DNA of 64,000 nucleotides, from contig OX597819.1 in the NCBI GenBank assembly GCA_951406725.2, forward strand, positions 26,722,001 to 26,786,000. Reading direction: 5' to 3'. This stretch comes from Octopus vulgaris. Lineage: Eukaryota. Made by a program: the position numbers and the translations under genes. Below, piece after piece: positions 57,300 to 64,000 of this stretch. The number at the start of each line of letters is the position of its first letter. Position 1 is the first letter of the stretch. The notes beneath the pieces are model-generated. The model made no database searches and had not been told where the DNA came from. It was given only the letters and a program-made list of their open reading frames with translations.

Positions 57300-59190
57300 A
57301 TCCCCAAAGTTTTACGCTTCCATTTCTACCCCACTTTCCACTCTACTTCAGCCATCTTACTCATACACTGAACTCCTCTCTTTCACCTTCCTATGCATAC
57401 TCTACGCTACATAATCCATTTAAATCATCTCTTCCATTAATTTCTCGCTCGCACTAAACAACGTAAACTCCACTCACTCCTCCATTCCGTCACACCTGGT
57501 GCAACTCCCTCCAGCCCTACATCCTCGATACTCTACCACTCATCCTCAAGCCAACCCCTCCGTCACTCCAGCCCCGACACACCCCTCATTTTTCCCCCAG
57601 CCTTCCACTACCCCACCACCCCTCCAACATCTTACCCATCCACCCCTCCTCACTTCAGTCTGTTGTTATCATTCCTCCTGATCCCTTCTCTGAGGCGGAG
57701 CGCTCTCTTCTTAGTAGGCGTCTGCGCTTCATCCCCTCACTCCATCCAGTAACGAATTTCAGATCCGTGCTGACATTCTCAGCTTTGCGTTCAATCCAAC
57801 CCCCAACGTCACACGTACACACCTCTTCGTCTGGCCGAACTTGCGCAACGAGAATGGACCCCAACCTGTTCGCTGGCTACGTTGAGGCCCTAATATTTTC
57901 AAGATTCACAGGTCCCACTCCCGAATTATACGGTTGTTATATTGATGACTGCATCGGTGGACCACGCTTACCTGCGAACAACTAGATTCCTTCTTCACTT
58001 TTGTCCAATCTTTCCATCCTGTCCTCTGAGTCTCCTGCGCCATTTCCAACACTTCCATCGCTTTTCTCGACATTCCTGCCAACATACACAACTCAGCTCT
58101 CACTACTCCCATCCACTAAAAACACACTGACTCACACTCACGAGAAGTTTCTCCTCTTCCCACCCTACCCTAACCAAGCTCTCCGTCCCCTACTCCTAAT
58201 TCTTCTATCTGCGCAGGCTCTGCAGTGGCAACAATGGCTTTGAGACTCAGTCTTAGCTCAAGGCTCATCATCGTCCCTATCATACCACTGACTCATTTAC
58301 CTGCAATTCTAGCAACGTCATTTGCTGCATCTTCTGCTCTTTCTGCTCTTCTCTGTACATCGGTGAAACGGGACGCCGCTTGGCTGACCGGTTCGCGGAG
58401 CAACTCCGAGACATTAGAATCGGCAATGACACCCCGGTCTCGCGTTATTTCCGCTCTACCGGTCATTCATTACAACACATGTCTGTGTTCGGATTGTTCT
58501 TGCGCAGGGGCCATTCGGACTCCCACTTTCGCCGCGAAAAAGAATTAATCTCTCCCAACTCGCCTCCCCTCTTCATCTGATTCCCCTCTTCCCCTCTCTT
58601 GCCCTGGCACCTACTTCCTCTCTTCACTCCTACCCACCTTCTCTCTTCAGTGATGACCCAATCCACACCCATCTCCAAACATCGCAATACCTCATACCCC
58701 ACCGCAACCCCAACATCCTCAAACCCGCCCCACACCATCACATCCCTACACCGCAACACCACCACACCACATCACACAACCCCGCACACACTAGCACTGA
58801 CCACATCCCAGTACCCACACCATCATCCTCACACCCACACATTAAAGACACACACTTGCACACGCACACATCCACACATCAAAGTCACCATCTCCTATCC
58901 ACACGCATACACATACTCTCGCATATACATTCGCACTCGCACCTTCGTTTTGGGATCATCAATACTTTATTATCTCTCCTTCGTCCTTGCTCATCTGTCT
59001 ACCTCTGTTCAGCCAGTCGCCATGATTGAGCGCTAACTCCAAAAGTTTTTTTTCTATTCTCGCGCTTATTTCTGTTGAAGAGCGTATGCTTGAGACGTAA
59101 AGACTTTCTCTCATTCCCGAGCGTCAAATTAATATACCTCCTTGTTGTTTATAAACCTGTCTTCGTCTTTGTTGTTCTGTAAATTTCAGC
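57300..59190 (+). mobile_element. Second Penelope-like element, decayed, with HHR-bearing 3' terminal repeat
   Basis: ATRMDPNLFAGYVE...YGCYIDDCIG (RT); FTCNSSNVICCIFCSFCSSLYIGETGRRLADRFAEQLRDIR...PVSRYF (GIY-YIG); terminal 59013-59190 homologous to the solo copies. Confidence 0.88.
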
Positions 59191-60444
59191 TGCATATATA
59201 TATGTGTGTGTGGGGGGTGTATGCGTGCGTGTGTGTGTGTATTATAGACATGTATGAAGGTAGATAGCTAGATAGATGGACAGACAGATAGATAGATAGA
59301 TACATACATACATACATACATACATGCATACATACATACATACATACATACATACATACATACATACATACATACATACATACATACATACAAACATATT
59401 CCCATAAAAGTAAAGTAATTCATTATTTGACTTCGTTTCGTCATTTACAATATATTGCTTATAAGGCTTTGATATTCATGTATGATTTATGATATCAGCA
59501 TTCAAAACAACTAAATTAATAAAGATGGCTGACAAGATATTACAATTTAAATTACTTTCCTCAAAAAACAATAACATCCTCCAGCATCTTTAAAATGACT
59601 GTGTTTTCCATAAAATATACATAAATATAACGTAAATAATCGAAAATATTCTATGACTTAGTAACGTTTTGTAAATTTTCAGGTGTTCCTTTTTCCATAT
59701 ACATGTGTGTGTGTGTGCGTGTGTGTGCGTTTGTGTGTGCGCGCGTGAGTAGTTTAATTAGTAATATCCGAAAAATATACATTTATGAGCGCGAAATATT
59801 TTATTGAGGAAGTGTTTTCGTATGATATTTAGTTTTAGTGACAAGATTCTTTTAGAAATTGTCATAACATTTCGTTTCTTTTTGACAAACAAATCTTTAT
59901 ATATTTTAAACTGTAAGTTGTGCTGTGCTACCATTACAAATGTAGTTTGTTATTTGTAAAACTTGATATATGAAATAGAATTCAGTTTCATGACAAAAAG
60001 TGTATAACCCATCTTTTAATTTTTCTTTCTTTTCTGTTTTTCGACTCAAACAAAAATTATACTTCGGAAGAAATGTAGGGTTACTTTTTTCGAAAAAATA
60101 ATAATTTTCAATGACAAAATAAGTTTATCTCAACAAAAACTATATTTACGAATGCAACAAATAATATTTTATCTTGAATCTTAATAAATAAAATATATAC
60201 ATTCGCATGTAGTGATATTTTTCTTCGATATATGCCAGCTTATATCTGACAACCTGCAGTATTTCAAAATTTTCTACAAACATTTAACCAAATAACGATG
60301 TCCATTTTTATACTACTGAAAAAAAGTATTGCCATAGTAAAAGATATTCCACTTTACATAATTAGAAAGAATTATTTAGAATTTCTGGAAAGACAGACAG
60401 GAAAACAGTGTATGTGAGTCTAATCCCTTTTCTTTTCTTCTAAG

Positions 60445-60548
60445 GATGCACCAAATAAATGGGCCGGGAAATTACCTCAGGCAGCTTTAACAATTCTCCA
60501 CCAGCATGCTATACAAGGTGATGTCACTGATATACAGCAAGCAATCTG
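60445..60548 (+). CDS. BAIAP3: BAIAP3/Munc13-4-family exon (post-C2A region preceding the MUN domain)
   Basis: Pyrimidine tract + AAG acceptor, TG|GTAAGT donor. [34 protein letters not shown] resembles the family motif W.G.L...A.TIL..HA.Q; phase 0 start fits the upstream exon. Not called in this frame by the ORF track. Confidence 0.88.
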
Positions 60549-60641
60549 GTAAGTTAATATCAATTTTCCAATGTGTGTACCTAAACATAATATATCTTTC
60601 ATATTTGTATATTTTATTACACCGTCATATAATTTACCTAA

Positions 60642-61855
60642 TCTCTCTCCATAGAAAATTCTTTCTTTGTCTGTCTGTATGTCTATCTGTCTGTCTGTTC
60701 CCTATGCATTCTCAAACAGCTCCACCAAATCAAATCAAATTTTACAAGGTAATGATATTAGACCCCACGTGTGTTAACATGTAATCTTTATTTTCATTTG
60801 GATTAAAACAATATAACATTTTATCTAAAATAATTCTTCTATAGTCAACTATAGTAAAGGACAGTTTATACCACGACGACTCCGACGACGACACACTTCG
60901 TATATGAGCGCGTATGTGTCTGTGTGTTTGCGCGTTCGTTACATTTAATACCACGATGACGACAACACACTTTGTATATGAGTGTCTGTGAGTGTGTGTG
61001 TGTGTGTGCGCTTTCGTTACGCAAATTTGTCTCTGTGTGTCTGTTTTAGTATATGTATGTGAGTGTATGTGAGAGTGTATGTGTGTGTCAGTGTATATGT
61101 GATTGTCAGTTACACTGATGTAAACAGGCTATGTGAAAAAGCTATACTGGCTCCAGCTAATGAAATGGTCGATAAATTCAATCAGGAACTTCTTCAAAAG
61201 TTAACAGATACATGAGAAATTACTTTTCCATCAATTCACACAACAGTCGATCAATATCAGGTTGTTCAATACTCTGTTGAATTTCTGAAAACACTTTAAC
61301 CCACGAGGATGCCACCACATAACATGACACTAAAGCCGGATGCTCCCATTATGTAGCTTAGAAATCTCGACCCACTTCGCTTGTGTAATAGAACTCGCTT
61401 AGTTGCTACTTCCTTGAAGCCATATGTCCTACAGGCAGCAATCATAATTTCCTCTCATACCTACAGATGTTCCATTTGAATTGGAGCGGCTTCACTTTCC
61501 AGTGAAACTAAGCTTTGGTATTTCAACTAACAGACCTCAGGGACAATCCCTCGACGTAGTTGGACTTCATCTTTCTATTACATGCTTCTTCCACGGCCAA
61601 CTCTATGTCGGCTGCTCACGAGTTGGAAGCAGCAGCAATTTATTAGACAATGGATATTGTTTACCTTGAGGTGCTTCAAGGTTGACGGATTTTCAACTCT
61701 AAATTCTATTATCATTACAATTTGTATATTCTAAAATAAAATACTGATATGTTGAAATAATTATGAGAAAAAATATATATTCATATTCATATTTCTTGTT
61801 TATTAATCTGAATAAGAACAGCAGTAACCCGGGCAACGTCGGGTAATTCAGCTAG
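60642..61855 (+). mobile_element. Internally deleted Helitron with PIF1-helicase relic
   Basis: A|TC start, (TCTG)n, ILAP.NEMVD...LRNLDP.RLCN.TRL...FPVKLSFGISTNRPQGQSLDVVGL...HGQLYVGCSRV; 3' hairpin ACCCGGGCAACGTCGGGT then CTAG|T. Confidence 0.88.
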
Positions 61856-62251
61856 TACATTCTAAGCAAAAACTTAGAGATGTTTAGTATGCACATGAGG
61901 AACATGAATATCATCATACATTTGAATAGGCTCGAAGAACGATACGACATTATTTTAATCCTCTCATGCAAGAATGCATTCAGAATATTTTTATCTTCTT
62001 GAAAATATCATCAATAATGATACAAGTGTTTCCTCGTGTCGTTTTACTAATCTGCCGACAAAGTATAATATCTTAAAGTAGGGATAGGAAGTTTCTTCAA
62101 GTATCCATTTGTCGCTACTATTCTAACTCAATAACATGAATTCCATTGAATGATTTGAAGGGGTCTACAGCACAATCTTTCGATTTGTCATTTATCCAAC
62201 AGCTTTATATTTTATCTAGAATTAAAGAGCATAAAGCTTTAAGAGTCAATA

Positions 62252-62560
62252 GGTGCAGGCGTGCCTGTGTGCTAAGGAGCTTCTACGATAGCCCTGGGTC
62301 AACCAAAGCTTTGTGATTGAACTTGGCATACTTGGAGACTGAAAGAACACGTTGTATACATATACTGTATATGTGTGTGCGTGTGTGGGTGTTTGTGTGT
62401 GTTTACCTTCCCGTAGCCGAGTGGTTCGGCAAACGAGAGCTATACTATAAGTACCAGGCTTTCAAAACATAAGTACTGGGATGGGTTTATCCCTCTGAAA
62501 ACTCTTGTAGGCGGTGCCTCAACATGGCCGCACTGAAATGACTGAAACTATTAGTAAAAA
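62252..62560 (+). mobile_element. SINE family A, diverged and deleted
   Basis: Head remnant and GGCGGTGCCTCAACATGGCCGCACTGAAATGACTGAAAC tail. Confidence 0.72.
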
Positions 62561-62596
62561 TGAATACGTTGAAATCGCACGCACACATGCACACAT

Positions 62597-62627
<31 letters not shown>

Positions 62628-62644
62628 TACATATATATATACAC

Positions 62645-62689
<45 letters not shown>

Positions 62690-62694
62690 TATAT

Positions 62695-62747
<53 letters not shown>

Positions 62748-62762
62748 CATATACATACATAG

Positions 62763-62806
<44 letters not shown>

Positions 62807-63065
62807 TTAAAATTTATTTACAAGTACGGCCTAGTGATGTTTCTAACAGTAACTGAACTACACAACCGATTATACCAAAAATATTCAAAAGGAATCTATA
62901 GGTCAGACTAGCTTATATGGGTACATTAAAGGACAAACTAAATATAGCATTATTCTTCATATCACATGAGTGTTATTGATAATCACGTTTGTATTGAGCT
63001 CTCAGAGATATACTGCCTTATCATTGTGTGACACACACAGCGGTGTTACGTTTGGATTTTGAATA

Positions 63066-63114
<49 letters not shown>

Positions 63115-63129
63115 TGTGTGTATGTATGC

Positions 63130-63171
<42 letters not shown>

Positions 63172-63182
63172 ATGTATGCATG

Positions 63183-63224
<42 letters not shown>

Positions 63225-63238
63225 TGTGTGTACGTATG

Positions 63239-63269
<31 letters not shown>

Positions 63270-63317
63270 GTGTGTATGTGTATGCTTGTCTGTGAATATG
63301 TGTGTGGGTTGTTTGTT

Positions 63318-63351
<34 letters not shown>

Positions 63352-63358
63352 TTGTCCG

Positions 63359-63555
63359 AGTCAGACGCCATGATAGATCGTTAGCTACTACACACATCTT
63401 GTTTCTCTCCTTGTTTTTTCTGTGTACCTTTCTGTAGAAGAGCGTAGGCTCGAAACTTAAACGACTTTTTCTATTCCTGAGCGCTATACTAATACATCTA
63501 TTTGTTTTGTACACCACCTATCTTCGTCTTTTGTTGTTTTTTTTTCGTAAACTTT

Positions 63556-63558
<3 letters not shown>
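63359..63558 (+). mobile_element. Solo PLE-terminus-like element with HHR motif (U6 variant)
   Basis: CTGTAGA-A-GAGC-GTAG-GCTC-GAAAC at 63432-63456; flanked by (TA)n; homologous to 44910-45100 and 59013-59190. Confidence 0.75.
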
Positions 63559-63599
<41 letters not shown>

Positions 63600-64000
63600 A
63601 AGCATCCCGATCAGAATTCTCGACCCGTAATATACAGATGCTCAATTAACTCGTCTACGAGGCCCTTTCACCTAGTGTATACGTTGCCGAGTATTCCACA
63701 GACAAATATATCCTTAATGCAGTTTTCAAACAGAATCATCGGAAGTGTCACGATCTTGACATTTTGATCACAGGTATGATCTATCCGATGTGCGTCTACA
63801 CAATCTACATTTGCCTAAGTTTACTGAAAATGCATAGGTTGACTAGAGATTGTAGCAAATGGCAATTTTACTAGCTTCTACGCAGTAAAATTGAAATGCG
63901 AAGATTATATCTGTGAAGTGAATCTCTTAAACGTATGTCAGTTTTATATCTTCAAACTTATGTTTTTCAAAAGAAATGTACGATAGACCAACCTGTGATT

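Overview
AT-rich, microsatellite-laden eukaryotic DNA, most likely an octopus (inferred from the SINE families and repeat landscape, not proven). The only host coding sequence I can support is three + strand exons (16771-16936, 50652-50855, 60445-60548) of a BAIAP3/Munc13-4-family gene. They splice in frame across 33.7 kb and 9.6 kb introns and encode the end of C2A and the start of the following region; the rest of the window is intron. The introns hold three tRNA-type SINE families, a CR1/L2-like LINE 3' end, two decayed Penelope-like elements (PLEs), Tc1/mariner relics (DD34D, DD34E, DD41D), Helitrons and very long (TA)n tracts. Almost all ORFs in the supplied track are microsatellite artefacts. 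The most notable signals are RNA-level. (1) About ten hammerhead-ribozyme (HHR) motifs: one fully canonical type I HHR (minus strand, 12985-13052), three with a U3-A8 compensatory core, one with a long stem II, and a dispersed ~200-bp family with a U6 core variant; several sit in or beside long inverted repeats. (2) A LINE whose 3' stem-loop tail is shared, with compensatory base changes, with the most abundant SINE. All alignments and folds were done by eye; no searches were run.
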